Shown: positions 25,883 to 51,828, counted from the first letter of the stretch. The stretch: DNA of 64,000 nt from Macrostomum lignano (GCA_002269645.1 NIVC01000374.1:124001-188000), one strand, 5' to 3'. Program-made: numbers and translations. The notes: generated from the sequence alone by a model not told the origin.

Positions 25883-26718
25883 GGGCGGATTTGACGATTC
25901 TGTTGTTATTCAGGGGGCGGATTTGACGATTCTATTGTTGTTCGAGGGGGCGGATTTGACGATTCTGTTGTTATTCAAGGGGCGGATTTGACGATTCTGT
26001 TGTTATTTAAGGGGCCGGATTTGACGATTCTGTTGTTGTTCAAGGGGCGGATTTGACGATTCTGTTGTTCAAGGGGCGGATTTGACGATTCTATTGTTGT
26101 TCGGGGGCGGATTTGACGATTCTGTTGTTCAAGGGGTGGATTTGACGATTCTATTGTTGTTCGGGGGCGGATTTGACGATTCTGTTGTTCAAGGGGCGGA
26201 TTTGACGATTCTATTGTTGTTCGGGGCGGATTTGACGATTCTGTTGTTATTCGAGGGGCGGATTTGACGATTCTATTGTTGTTCGGGGGCGGATTTGACG
26301 ATTCTGTTGTTATTCAAGGGGCGGATTTGACGATTCTATTGTTGTTCGGGGGGCGGATTTGACAATTCTGTTGTTATTTAAGGGGCGGATTTGACGATTC
26401 TGTTGTTATTCAAGGGGCGGATTTGACGATTCTGTTGTTATTCAAGGGGCGGATTTGACGATTCTGTTGTTATTCAAGGGGGCGGATTTGACAATTCTGT
26501 TGTTATTTAAGAGGCGGATTTGACGATTCTGTTGTTATTCAAGGGGGCGGATTTGACAATTCTGTTGTTATTTAAGAGGCGGATTTGACGATTCTGTTGT
26601 TATTCAAGGGGGCGGATTTGACAATTCTGTTGTTATTTAAGGGGCGGATTTGACGATTCTGTTGTTATTCAAGGGGCGGATTTGACGATTCTGTTGTTAT
26701 TCAAGGGGCGGATTTGAC
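25883..26718 (+). repeat. ~30-33 bp minisatellite (GGGGCGGATTTGACGATTCTGTTGTTATTCAA) just after the VPS35L stop
   Basis: Directly visible; starts about 15 nt after TAA. Confidence 0.95.
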
Positions 26719-27364
26719 GGCTCTTTGCTAATCGGAAACTTAGGGCTAGTCGTCCGACCGTACAAATTTTTCTAAACAATTTTTTTTAAAATCACGCAAT
26801 AAAAACTAATCGTTATAGCTTACTTGCAGTAGTGCTACTAAGGTTTTTAATTCTGTTTCTATATCTGCGATTAGAAATCTTTGTATTAATCCAGTTTTCT
26901 TCCTGTCGATTGTTTCTGAACATTGATTTCATTTTTGATTAATAATAAATTTATGAATTAATAAATTGATGCTTTGGTGCGGCTGTGCTTGTATAATTAT
27001 TTGTGCTTTTAATTACACTAATTATACAATAAAAGACCCTCGCTAATCATATATAGTACATAATGGTGCTAATTGTTACAATATTGATTTGCCTTGTAAA
27101 AATATGCATCATAACTTATTTTTCACGATTTCAGAATTACTCAGTCAGTGAATATAAAATTATGCAATTTTTCCCTGTTCTAGATTCGAAGTGATTCTAT
27201 CGACTTAGTACTGGTACACTTGCCGATTATGAATAGTTTATCTAGAAAAATACACACATGCTTTATGATTATGAAAGCAACATGTATGATGCGAATGCAT
27301 TCAAACCTTCTGCTTTATTGTGTCTGCCTTTTTCAATTGAAAAGAATTGTTCACTCTGTTGTAA

Positions 27365-27980
27365 CTGTCACTCATAAGCCTGTCACATTTACTGGCACTG
27401 TCACTCTTATTGAGGCCGTCACTCTTTTTGAGACTGTCACTCTTATTGAGGCTGTCACTCTTATTGAGGCTGTCACTTTTATTGAGGCTTTCACTCTTAT
27501 TGAGACTGTCAACTCTTATTGAGGCTGTCACTCAATTATTAAGACTGTCACTCTTATTGAGGCTGTCACTCTTATTGAGGCTGTCACTCTTATTGAGGCT
27601 GTCACTTTTATTGAGGCTTTCACTCTTATTGAGACTTTCAACTCTTATTGAGGCTGTCACTCAATTATTAAGACTGTCACTCTTATTGAGGCTGTCACTC
27701 TTATTGAGGCTGTCACTCTTATTGAGACTGTCACTCTTATTGAGACTGTCACTCTTATTGAGACTGTCAACTCTTATTGAGGCTGTCACTCAATTATTAA
27801 GACTGTTACTCTTATTGAGACTGTCACTCTTATTGAGGCTGTCACTCTTATTGAGACTGTCAACTCTAATTGAGGCTGTCACTCAATTATTAAGACTGTC
27901 ACTCTTATTGAGACTGTCAACTCTTATTGAGGCTGTCACTCAATTATTAAGACTGTCACTCTTATTGAGACTGTCACTCC
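27365..27980 (+). repeat. 18 bp minisatellite (CTGTCACTCTTATTGAGG) with paired 19+20 bp variants
   Basis: Directly visible. Confidence 0.93.
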
Positions 27981-28399
27981 TACTATGGCTGCCACTCTTA
28001 TACCAGTCAAGGAATTCAGCCGTACGATCAGTATATACAATGAACTGGAAGCATACTTTTTGCATAATTTATAATACCCTCAAGTCATGATTGTCACAGT
28101 CTACATACATGTATTTTTGGGTTTGTATATGCGCATGAATATTTATCGTATTTAATATTCATAGATTCTATTATTGAGTAGTAATTGCTTTCCACAGTAA
28201 GGGCTTTACATTTCGTTGTCTTTATGAAAGCAGGTTTGTGTACTTTTGTTGCAAAATTCTAGGATAGACTTGCTTGTCAAAAGCGATTCATTGATTTTGG
28301 TTTGTTTGACACTTTACTTTGATTCAATCCCTTTTGATCTGCAGAAAAAATATAGGTGACTCTCGACAACTGCAGTATCACCTGGCCCCCACTATCTTT

Positions 28400-29657
28400 C
28401 CTGACACCCTACTGTCTATCCTGACATCCTACTGTCTTTCCTGACATCCTACTGTCTTTCCTGACACCCTACTGTCTATCCTGACATCCTACTGTCTTTC
28501 CTGACACCCTACTGTCTTTAGTGACATCCCAGTGTCTATCCTGACATCCCACTGTCTATCCTGAAACTCTACTGTCTTTCCTGACACCCTACTGTCTTTA
28601 GTGACATCCCAGTGTCTTTCCTGACATCCCACTGTCTTTAGTGACATCCCAGTGTCTTTCCTGACACCCTACTGTCTATCCTGACATCCCACTGTCTTTA
28701 GTGACATCCCAGTGTCTTTCCTGACACCCTACTGTCTATCCTGACATCCCACTGTCTATCCTGAAACTCTACTGTCTTTCCTGACACCCTCCTACTGTCT
28801 ATCCTGACACCCTACTGTCTATCCTGACATCCCAGTGTCTTTACTGACACACTACTGTCTATCCTGACATCCCACTGTCTATCCTGAAACTCTACTGTCT
28901 TTCCTGACACCCTCCTACTGTCTATCCTGACACCCTACTGTCTATCCTGACATCCCAGTGTCTTTACTGACACCCTACTGTCTATCCTGACACCCTACTG
29001 TCTATCCTGACATCCCACTGTCTATCCTGACACCCTACTGTCTATCCTGACATCCCAGTGTCTTTACTGACACCCTACTGTCTATCCTGACACCCTAATG
29101 TCTTTAGTGACATCCCAGTGTCTTTCCTGACACCCTACTGTCTTTCCTGACACCCTCCTACTGTCTATCCTGACATCCCACTGTGTATCTGACATCCTGA
29201 CACCCTACTGTCTATCCTGACATCCTGAATGTCTTTCCGGACACCCTACTGTCTATCCTGACATCCTACTGTCTATCCTGTCATCCTACTGTCTATCCTG
29301 ACATCCCACTGTCTATCCTGACATCCTACTGTCTACCCTGACATCCCACTGTCTATCCTGACATCCTACTGTCTATCCTGACATCCCACTGTCTATCCTG
29401 TCATCCTACTGTCTATCCTGACATCCCACTGTCTATCCTGACATCCTACTGTCTATCCTGACATCCTACTGTCTATCCTGTCATCCTACTGTCTATCCTG
29501 ACATCCCACTGTCTATCCTGACATCCTACTGTCTATCCTGACATCCCACTGTCTATCCTGTCATCCTACTGTCTATCCTGTCATCCTACTGTCTATCCTG
29601 ACATCCCACTGTCTATCCTGACATCCTACTGTCTATCCTGACATCCTACTGTCTATC
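28400..29657 (+). repeat. 20 bp minisatellite (CTACTGTCTATCCTGACATC)
   Basis: Directly visible. Confidence 0.95.
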
Positions 29658-29884
29658 CCGAGTTCCCATGACTTACAGCTGCAGGGGACTCCGTGCATCC
29701 GGATGCTGGGAAATATAAAATTTAAGAAAGTACAATGAATAGGTACTAAAAACTTATTGGATAATGCATGGTTACATGTATGACGAGTACATGTACATGA
29801 GTATTGCTATACAGGTAAATTTACTGCCCCATATCAAGACTCAAGAGTATCAATTCTATGAAAATGACTATCATGTGTTTGGCG

Positions 29885-30531
29885 CCTCAGAACTAGATCT
29901 GGCGCCACAACCTCAGAACTGGATCTGGCGCCAAAACCTCAGAACTAGATCTGGCGCCAAAACCTCAGAACTAGATCTGGCTCCACAACCTCAGAACTAG
30001 ATCTGGCTCCACAACCTCAGAACTAGATCTGGCTCCACAACCTCAGAACTAGATCTGGCGCCAAAACCTCTGAGCTAGATCTGGCGCCATAACCTCAGAA
30101 CTGGATCTGGCACCAAAACCTCAGAACTGGATCTGGCGCCAAAACCTCAGAAATGGATCTGGCGCCACAACCTCAGAACTAGATCTGGCTCCACAACCTC
30201 AGAACTAGATCTGGCTCCACAACCTCAGAACTAGATCTGGCGCCAAAACCTCTGAGCTAGATCTGGCGCCATAACCTCAGAACTGGATCTGGCACCAAAA
30301 CCTCAGAACTGGATCTGGCGCCAAAACCTCAGAAATGGATCTGGCGCCACAACCTCAGAACTAGATCTGGCTCCACAACCTCAGAACTGGATCTGGCACC
30401 AAAACCTCAGAACTAGATCTGGCACCAAAACCTCAGAACTGGATCTGGCACCAAAACCTCAGAACTGGATCTGGCGCCAAAACCTCAGAAATGGATCTGG
30501 CGCCACAACCTCAGAACTAGATCTGGCGCCC
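29885..30531 (+). repeat. 26 bp minisatellite (CCTCAGAACTAGATCTGGCGCCACAA)
   Basis: About 25 copies. Confidence 0.95.
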
Positions 30532-30954
30532 CTCAAGAACATTCAGCTTTGAGTCTTAAGTTCTCATACTATTTCTATAGCCCTTAAAATTTATGCAATT
30601 AACCATCTTAGCTACCCCACGCTTTCCAACAATACTTCCTGCTTCCTTTTTTCAGTCTGTCTCTCTACAAAGTCCAACTTGGCCTCAAAACAGAATTTAT
30701 TGTGAAGCAAAATTTCCTCTCTTCTGAGCTGAGCAAGAAGTCTCAATAGCTATAGAAATGCAGAGCAGATCGCTCAGGGCATGTCGAGGAGACTCAATAG
30801 AGTAATATCAGCAGCCGGTATGCACAGGCTACTGTGTATATTGATGCAGAGTTTTACAACCGCCTTGCTTTGATAATAAGCTTCCATGGCGCTAGTTATG
30901 GTGATTGTAATTAATAATAATAAAATAGCAATCGGTGTGGGAATTCTGTATGGT

Positions 30955-32135
30955 GGCGCCAAATCTGATTCTGTGGGGGCGCCAAATCTGATTCTGTGGG
31001 GGGGCGCCAAATCTGATTCTGTATGGTGGCGCCAAATCTGATTCTGTGGGGTGGAGGCGCCAAATCTGATTCTATGGGGGCGCCAAATCTGATTCTGTGT
31101 GGGGGCGCCAAATCTGATTCTGTGGGGGTCGGGGCGCCAAATCTGATTCTGTGGGGGCGCCAAATCTGATTCTGTGGGGGTTCGGGGCGCCAAATCTGAT
31201 TCTGGGGGGGGGAAAGGCGCCAAATCTGATTCTGTGGAGGGCGCCAAATCTGATTCTGTGGGGGGCGCCAAATCTGATTCTGTGGGGGGGGCGCCAAATC
31301 TGATTCTGTGTGGGGGCGCGCCAAATCTGATTCTGTGTGGGGGCGCCAAATCTGATTCTGTGGGGGGTCGGGGCGCCAAATCTGATTCTGTGGGGGTCGG
31401 GGCGCCAAATCTGATTCTGTGGGGGGGGGAAAGGCGCCAAATCTGATTCTGTGGAGGGCGCCAAATCTGATTCTGTGGGGGGCGCCAAATCTGATTCTGT
31501 GGGGGGGGCGCCAAGTCTGATTCTGTGTGGGGGCGCCAAATCTGATTCTGTGTGGGGGCGCCAAATCTGATTCTGTGGGGGGGCGCCAAATCTGATTCTG
31601 TGGGGGGCGCCAAATCTGATTCTGTATGGTGGCGCCAAATCTGATTCTGTGGGGTGGGGGCGCCAAATCTGATTCTATGGGTGGCGCCAAATCTGATTCT
31701 GTGTGGGGGCGCCAAATCTGATTCTGTGGGGGGTCGGGGCGCCAAATCTGATTCTGTGGGGGCGCCAAATCTGATTCTGTGGGGGCGCCAAATCTGATTC
31801 TGTGGGGTGGGCGCCAAATCTGATTCTGTGGGGTGGGGGCGCCAAATCTGATTCTATGGGGGGCGCCAAATCTGATTCTGTGTGGGGGCGCCAAATCTGA
31901 TTCTATGGGGGGCGCCAAATCTGATTCTGTGTGGGGGCGCCAAATCTGATTCTGTGGGGGGTCGGGGCGCCAAATCTGATTCTGTGGGGGGCGCCAAATC
32001 TGATTCTGTGTGGGGGCGCCAAATCTGATTCTGTGTGGGGGCGCCAAATCTGATTCTGTGTGGGGGCGCCAAATCTGATTCTGTGGGGGTCGGGGCGCCA
32101 AATCTGATTCTGTGGGGGCGCCAAATCTGATTCTG
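30955..32135 (-). repeat. ~22-28 bp minisatellite, invariant core GGCGCCAAATCTGATTCT plus variable G-rich linker
   Basis: About 50 copies; the reverse complement resembles the 29885-30531 unit. Confidence 0.95.
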
Positions 32136-32639
32136 CATATTTCTCATCCAACAGTCCGAGTCAGGTTAAACAGACGATTCGTGTTTTCCAAACCGACTCT
32201 ATGTTTAACAGTCCACGCGCGTGGCCAGTCCAGATATCTATAATTTAAGAACTCCCTGGCAGCCACAGGGTGAAATATAATCAGTGCACTTAGCGCGCAT
32301 TGACTGAGCAATTCGTTGTCATGACAACTCCACGGATGAAGGAACTGCGCCTTGTGAGGAGGCTGCATGGGATCGGAAGATTCCGTGCTTAGCAGTGAGC
32401 TGGTCTGTATACCTGAGTATAAGTTGAGATGGTGGGTGCAAATCCTTCTCCTATTGGTTGAAGGCCTCGTATTAATAGATAAGCGGGCCCGGCAACTTGC
32501 TGGCCGATCCTTTGCTGAGCTTTTTCTTGAGGGAAATTTTTTAAAAATTTGCAGCGGCACAGAATTACCACTATATACCTTTGGTGAGACAACTAAATAC
32601 TTTGCTTCTTATTGTATCCAATTTAAACTTTATTAACTG

Positions 32640-34495
32640 GAGTCTCCCTCGTGTCTCTCTTGAGTCTCCCTCGTGTCTCTCTTGAGTCTTTTTCTCATGT
32701 CTCTCTTGAGTCTCCCTCGTGTCTCTCTTGAGTCTCCCTCGTGTCTCTCTTGAGTCTCCCTCGTGTCTCTCTTGAGTCTCCCTCGTGTCTCTCTTGAGTC
32801 TTTTTCTCATGTCTCTCTTGAGTCTCCCTCGTGTCTCTCTTGAGTCTCCCTCGTGTCTCTCTTGAGTCTCCCTCGTGTCTCTCTTGAGTCTTTTTCTCAT
32901 GTCTCTCTTGAGTCTCCCTCGTGTCTCTCTTGAGTCTCCCTCGTGTCTCTCTGAGTCTCTCTCGTGTCTCTCTTGAGTCTCCCTCGTGTCTCTCTTGAGT
33001 CTTTTTCTCATGTCTCTCTTGAGTCTCCCTCGTGTCTCTCTTGAGTCTCCCTCGTGTCTCTCTGAGTCTCCCTCGTGTCTCTCTTGAGTCTCCCTTGTGT
33101 CTCTCTTGAGTCTTTTTCTCATGTCTCTCTTGAGTCTCCCTCGTGTCTCTCTGAGTCTCCCTCGTGTCTCTCTTGAGTCTCCCTCGTGTCTCTCTTGAGT
33201 CTCCCTCGTGTCTCTCTTGAGTCTCCCTCGTGTCTCTCTTGAGTCTCCCTCGTGTCTCTCTTGAGTCTCCCTCGTGTCTCTCTTGAGTCTCCCTCGTGTC
33301 TCTCTTGAGTCTCCCTCGTGTCTCCCTTGAGTCTTTTTCTCATGTCTCTCTTGAGTCTCCCTCGTGTCTCTCTGAGTCTCCCTCGTGTCTCTCTTGAGTC
33401 TCCTTCGTGTCTCTCTTGAGTCTCCCTCGTGTCTCTCTTGAGTCTCCCTCGTGTCTCTCTGAGTCTCCCTTGAGTATTTTTCTCATGTCTCTCTTGAGTC
33501 TCCCTCGTGTCTCTCTTGAGTCTCCCTCGTGTCTCCCTTGAGTCTTTTTCTCATGTCTCTCTTGAGTCTCCCTCGTGTCTCCCTTGAGTCTTTTTCTCAT
33601 GTCTCTCTTGAGTCTCCCTCATGTCTCCCTTGAGTCTTTTTCTCATGTCTCTTTTGAGTCTCCCTCGTGTCTCCCTTGAGTCTTTTTCTCATGTCTCTCT
33701 TGAGTCTCCCTCGTGTCTCCCTTGAGTCTTTTTCTCATGTCTCTCTTGAGTCTCCCTCGTGTCTCCCTTGAGTCTTTTTCTCATGTCTCTCTTGAGTCTC
33801 CCTCGTGTCTCCCTTGAGTCTTTTTCTAATGTCTCTCTTGAGTCTCCCTCGTGTCTCCCTTGAGTCTTTTTCTCATGTCTCTCTTGAGTCTCCCTCGTGT
33901 CTCTCTTGAGTCTCCCTCGTGTCTCTCTGAGTTTCCCTCGTGTCTCCCTTGAGTCTCCCTCGTGTCTCCCTTGAGTCTTTTTCTAATGTCTCTCTTGAGT
34001 CTCCCTCGTGTCTCTCTTGAGTCTCCATCGTGTCTCTCTGAGTTTCCCTCGTGTCTCTCTGAGTCTCCCTCGTGTCTCTCTGAGTCTCCCTCATGTCTCT
34101 CTGAGTCTCCCTCGTGTCTCTCTGAGTCTCCCTCGTGTCTCTCTGAGTCTCCCTCGTGTCTCTCTGAGTCTCCCTCGTGTCTCTCTTGAGTCTCCCTCGT
34201 GTCTCTCTTGAGTCTCCCTCGTGTCTCTCTTGAGTCTCCCTTGTGTCTCTCTTGAGTCTCCCTCGTGTCTCCCTTGAGTCTTTTTCTCATGTCTCTCTTG
34301 AGTCTCCCTCGTGTCTCCCTTGAGTCTCCCTCATGTCTCTCTTGAGTCTCCCTCATGTCTCTCTTGAGTCTCCCTCGTGTCTCTCTTGAGTCTCCCTCGT
34401 GTCTCTCTTGAGTCTCCCTCATGTCTCTCTTGAGTCTCCCTCGTGTCTCCCTTGAGTCTCCCTCGTGTCTCCCTTGAGTCTTTCTCTCGTGTCTC
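32640..34495 (+). repeat. 20/22/24 bp minisatellite (GAGTCTCCCTCGTGTCTCTCTT)
   Basis: Directly visible; source of the ETQERHEGDSR pseudo-ORFs. Confidence 0.95.
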
Positions 34496-34739
34496 GCTTG
34501 AACCTCCCTTCGTATTCCTGTTGTCTTTTTTGGGTCTTCCTCATTCTTATTCACTCATTCTTAGTATCTTTTTTCATGTTATTCTCATATTCTTCCCTTG
34601 TCCTGCACAAGTCATTCAATATTTTAATGTACGTACATCTTAAATGTATCTTCTAAATAACAGTGACTAAAATATCCACTTTCCAAACGCTGCAGGCGAA
34701 CGGACAGCGCCTCAGCTTTGAAATTCCCCAAGCTCCAGC

Positions 34740-47352
<12,613 letters not shown>

Positions 47353-47789
47353 ACACAATTTATTGCGTTATCCTAGATGTTTTTCAGTTATTTTTTTAAC
47401 GGAAAGTAGATATAACTTTTAAATAAGGCGGTTTTTATATTGTAAACCAACTCAAATTCGTATGCTTCCTCCAATGGATGCTTGCACAACACCATTTTTG
47501 ATAACTGTGTTGATAACGACTTTAAAAAAATAAAAACGGAATTATTGATTGACTTTTTTTACTATTAGTAGACGCACAAGTAGTTTAAAGACATTTTATA
47601 ACTATAATCTGCAGTCCGTTCGTTATTTTTTGCAATATTCCGCTAGTACATGAATAAAAGTAAGAATGAAATTTTCGGGATACATTCAGCTTAGTCATTC
47701 AGTTCGCGAGCCTTTTGTTTATTATCTATCTTTAATTCAAAAAGTGAACTTTTTAAATAATATCAATAGAAGCAGGAAAGGATGATGGG

Positions 47790-48260
47790 AAACGAGAAGA
47801 GGGAGGGAGAGAGGGTGAGAAGAGGAGAGGTAGAGGGAGGATGAAAAGAGGAGGGAGAGACAGAGGGTGAGAAGAGGAGAGGGTGAGAAGAGGAGAGGGT
47901 GAGAAGAGGAGAGGGTGAGAAGAGGAGAGGGTGAGAAGAGGAGAGGGTGAGAAGAGGAGAGGGTGAGAAGAGGAGAGGGTGAGAAGAGGAGAGGTAGAGG
48001 GAGGGTTAGAAAAGGAGAAGTAGAGGGATGGTGGTGGAGGGAAGAGAGAGGGTGAGAAGAGGAGAGGGAGAGGGAGGGTGTGGAGGGGAGAGAGTGAGAA
48101 GAGGAGAGGGAGAGGGAGGGTGTGGAGGGGAGAGAGTGAGAAGAGGAGAGGGAGAGGGAGGGTGAGAAAAGGAGAGGTAGATGAAAGGAATGAAGAGGAG
48201 AGGTAGAGGGAGGGTGTGGAGGGGGGAGGTTGAGAAGAGGAGAGGGAGAGGGAGTGATAT
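47790..48260 (+). repeat. Purine-rich 18 bp minisatellite (GAGGGTGAGAAGAGGAGA)
   Basis: Directly visible. Confidence 0.9.
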
Positions 48261-49379
48261 AAGCAGAAGGTGAGACGGAGAGGGACAGGGAGAAGGAGAA
48301 ATGGGGAGAGTGGGAGCACACAGAGACAACAGACAGAAAGCCTAGCACCAAGTTCAGCAACTGCACTGTCCAATAGCTGGTCCCCTCCCCGCTCCCCGCT
48401 CCAAAACAAGGAAGCCAGGTTGCTATTTTCAATCGATACAGTTCGACCTCAGCCCAAGCCCGACAGAAAGACGAACAGCAGACAGGCGCAGCAGCTGCGC
48501 CTCTGCCAGCATGACTATCGCGGTGTCAGCACCATGCAATCAACTTTGCCTCCGAGTGACTAAGCAACGGCGGGTGTCCTTCAGTCCCAGGAATTTTCAG
48601 ACTTCATAACTTCAGTAGGACAGAGCAGCTGTATTCCTCTGGTTTGATTCCGTTGGGTTTGTGTGCTCGAAAATTGGCGGCCCGTAGGGGGTTGTCTTGC
48701 TGTTCACAGCCACGAGAGTGTACATGCATTGACGATTCGAAAGTACATCCTGTGTGAGCGTGTGTTTGAGTGCGTAGTCTGCCGAATGGACAGATTTTCA
48801 TAAAATCCGAGGCATAAGCAGATCTGTCGCACTCCCAGCTTGTGAAACAGAACTGACAAGCTACAGGCAGGCAGCTGAAGCAAGAAGGCCAGTTGCAGAC
48901 TGTGTCTGTGACTCACTCGTCAGGAACCGGGCGGGAGGGGAGGGGGGGGGTGGGTGGAAAGCGCGAGTGACGAAACTTCGCGTTGCAGCTTGCCAAAGAC
49001 TAATTGCTGCAGAATCTGCTTTCGCGTATAAGAGTGTGATAAAAGAAGGGGCCCCTAGTGTTAGAACTAGTTGAGATTGGGTGACCACGACGCTTCTAGT
49101 TACACCTGACTTACCTGTCAATTAATTCTCTGGAAAAATGCCTTCCAAAATTTATCTGCCGTGCGTCATTTACAGCTGCGATTATTTGCAAGCTAGGGAC
49201 CGAATATTTCTAGTTACTAAGCTTAAATGAATGTCGGAATATCAGCTGATTATGTAATCTATAATTGGCTTTTAACTTCAAAAGAAATTTGTAACCAAAA
49301 CCAGCTGGCTCGAAACACACAACAATGCGACGCTAAATGGCAAAAGAAAATTCTTTTGAAATATGCATCCAAATTTTTT

Positions 49380-49776
<397 letters not shown>

Positions 49777-50263
49777 ATTGAATTAGTCTCAAAGAAATAA
49801 TGATGATATTAAAACTGACAGCCAGAAAGCCGCCTATTTAATCGCAGTCAGTCCATTTAGCGGACAGAGCCAGGAAACGCCCTTCTAGGGGAAGCGCGGG
49901 AGACAGCCAGTCTGCCCTTATCTTTCCAGATCTCCTAAATATTCCCATTATGAACTGTTCTTGCATGCAGTTACAGGGATTAAAAAGGATGAGATAACGT
50001 GTCCGTCTCGCTCATGGCCAACGCCCAATAGCGCATATGGCTTCAGCAGGATTGGCCCTAACCCCGAGCTGTGGAAAAGCCACTAATACTAGATTACTCT
50101 CGTGACTACAGTTGTGAGCAGCTTAGCCGACTAAAGTACTCGACTCTGAATGCTTGAAATGGGGGGGGGGGTTCACCATAAATATATTGTTAAACTATAG
50201 ATGTGTACTTTAGGCGCAGTGAAGTAGACAGCAAGAGTGCATGGACCTGCATGTTGCGGCTTT

Positions 50264-50560
50264 TTAAAAGAAATTCGTTCCCCAGTAGGGCTCGCGGTTC
50301 CTGCACGGGTTGTCTGCTTTTTTGGTAGGTTTAGCTGCCTTTGCGGACACTGAATTCACACTGACACGCTGTACACGCCTGTACACCTGGGGTTCCGCAA
50401 ACTCCGAAACGTCTCTCTCCGGCTGTTTGGTTCCTTCAAACTTCACAATCTGTAGCAACTGCTCAAGGTTTGTGTCTTTTCTCACAGTTCCTTTCTCTCT
50501 CTTCTATCTCTCTTCACTCCTCTAATCATCTATCTGCTTTGTTGTCCTGTAGGAGAGAGA
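50264..50560 (-). mobile_element. Possible degenerate retrotransposon gag fragment (also at 57251-57547)
   Basis: With one frameshift reads MIRGVKRDR..RKEL/RKDTNLEQLLQIVK...KKADNPCRN(R), resembling Gypsy gag C-terminal helix plus start of a zinc knuckle. Pattern recognition only. Confidence 0.4.
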
Positions 50561-51018
50561 AAACTTCCATAAACATTGGCCGCACGGCGTGCACTAGCGG
50601 TACACTGACTGGGTTGGACCGGACAGGACAAGTTGGGGGGCCGCGGACGCAGCTTCTGGTTGGCTGGTCCAGGGGAGAAGGCGCGTGTGGCCGAGCGCTT
50701 TATAGCTAATATAACTATTAGCAATGTAGCTTTTGCTTGTGCACGTGTGCATTGGCTGGGCTGCTATGCGGCTTCGGTTTGATAAGATTATAATAAATTT
50801 CTACACAAACCAGCAGTAAGCTCTGCGACCAGTTCATTAAGAAAGAATTTGTTTTGTAGCGTTCAATAAGTGTATGGAAATAAGTTCTTTGCAGTTGTGG
50901 ACACACTCATTACTCACTGCTCTGTGTGAGCTGACCTACTGGACCTGAGCGGCTTTACTTGGTCAGATATTGGAAGCATTGATAATATGCCGGTGAGTTT
51001 CTCTAGCTTTGTTTAGGC

Positions 51019-51035
51019 CTGTCTGTCTGTCTGTG

Positions 51036-51124
<89 letters not shown>

Positions 51125-51179
51125 CAGTCTTGTCTGTCTGTCTGTCTGTCTGTCTTTCTCAGTCTTGTCTGTCTGTGCC

Positions 51180-51224
<45 letters not shown>

Positions 51225-51225
51225 G

Positions 51226-51306
<81 letters not shown>

Positions 51307-51348
51307 TTCTCAGTCTTGTCTGTCTGTCTGTCTGTCTGTCTTTCTCAG

Positions 51349-51386
<38 letters not shown>

Positions 51387-51403
51387 GTGTCTGTCTGTCT
51401 GTG

Positions 51404-51442
<39 letters not shown>

Positions 51443-51443
51443 G

Positions 51444-51474
<31 letters not shown>

Positions 51475-51475
51475 G

Positions 51476-51520
<45 letters not shown>

Positions 51521-51562
51521 TTCTCAGTCTTGTCTGTCTGTCTGTCTGTCTGTCTTTCTCAG

Positions 51563-51600
<38 letters not shown>

Positions 51601-51601
51601 G

Positions 51602-51636
<35 letters not shown>

Positions 51637-51637
51637 G

Positions 51638-51668
<31 letters not shown>

Positions 51669-51685
51669 GTGTCTGTCTGTCTGTG

Positions 51686-51728
<43 letters not shown>

Positions 51729-51745
51729 GTGTCTGTCTGTCTGTG

Positions 51746-51786
<41 letters not shown>

Positions 51787-51828
51787 TTCTCAGTCTTGTC
51801 TGTCTGTCTGTCTGTCTGTCTTTCTCAG

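Noticed and set aside
30955-32135. CRISPR-like layout (constant repeat plus variable spacer), also at 25883-26718
   Set aside because: Spacers are only 5-14 nt, low-complexity and recurrent; the context is eukaryotic and there are no cas genes.
32144-32560. 138 aa minus-strand ORF in non-repetitive DNA (also 23848-24258 + and 39823-40200 -)
   Set aside because: No recognisable domain, non-ATG or weak starts, and no phase-consistent splice partners found; not excluded as TE or pseudogene fragments.
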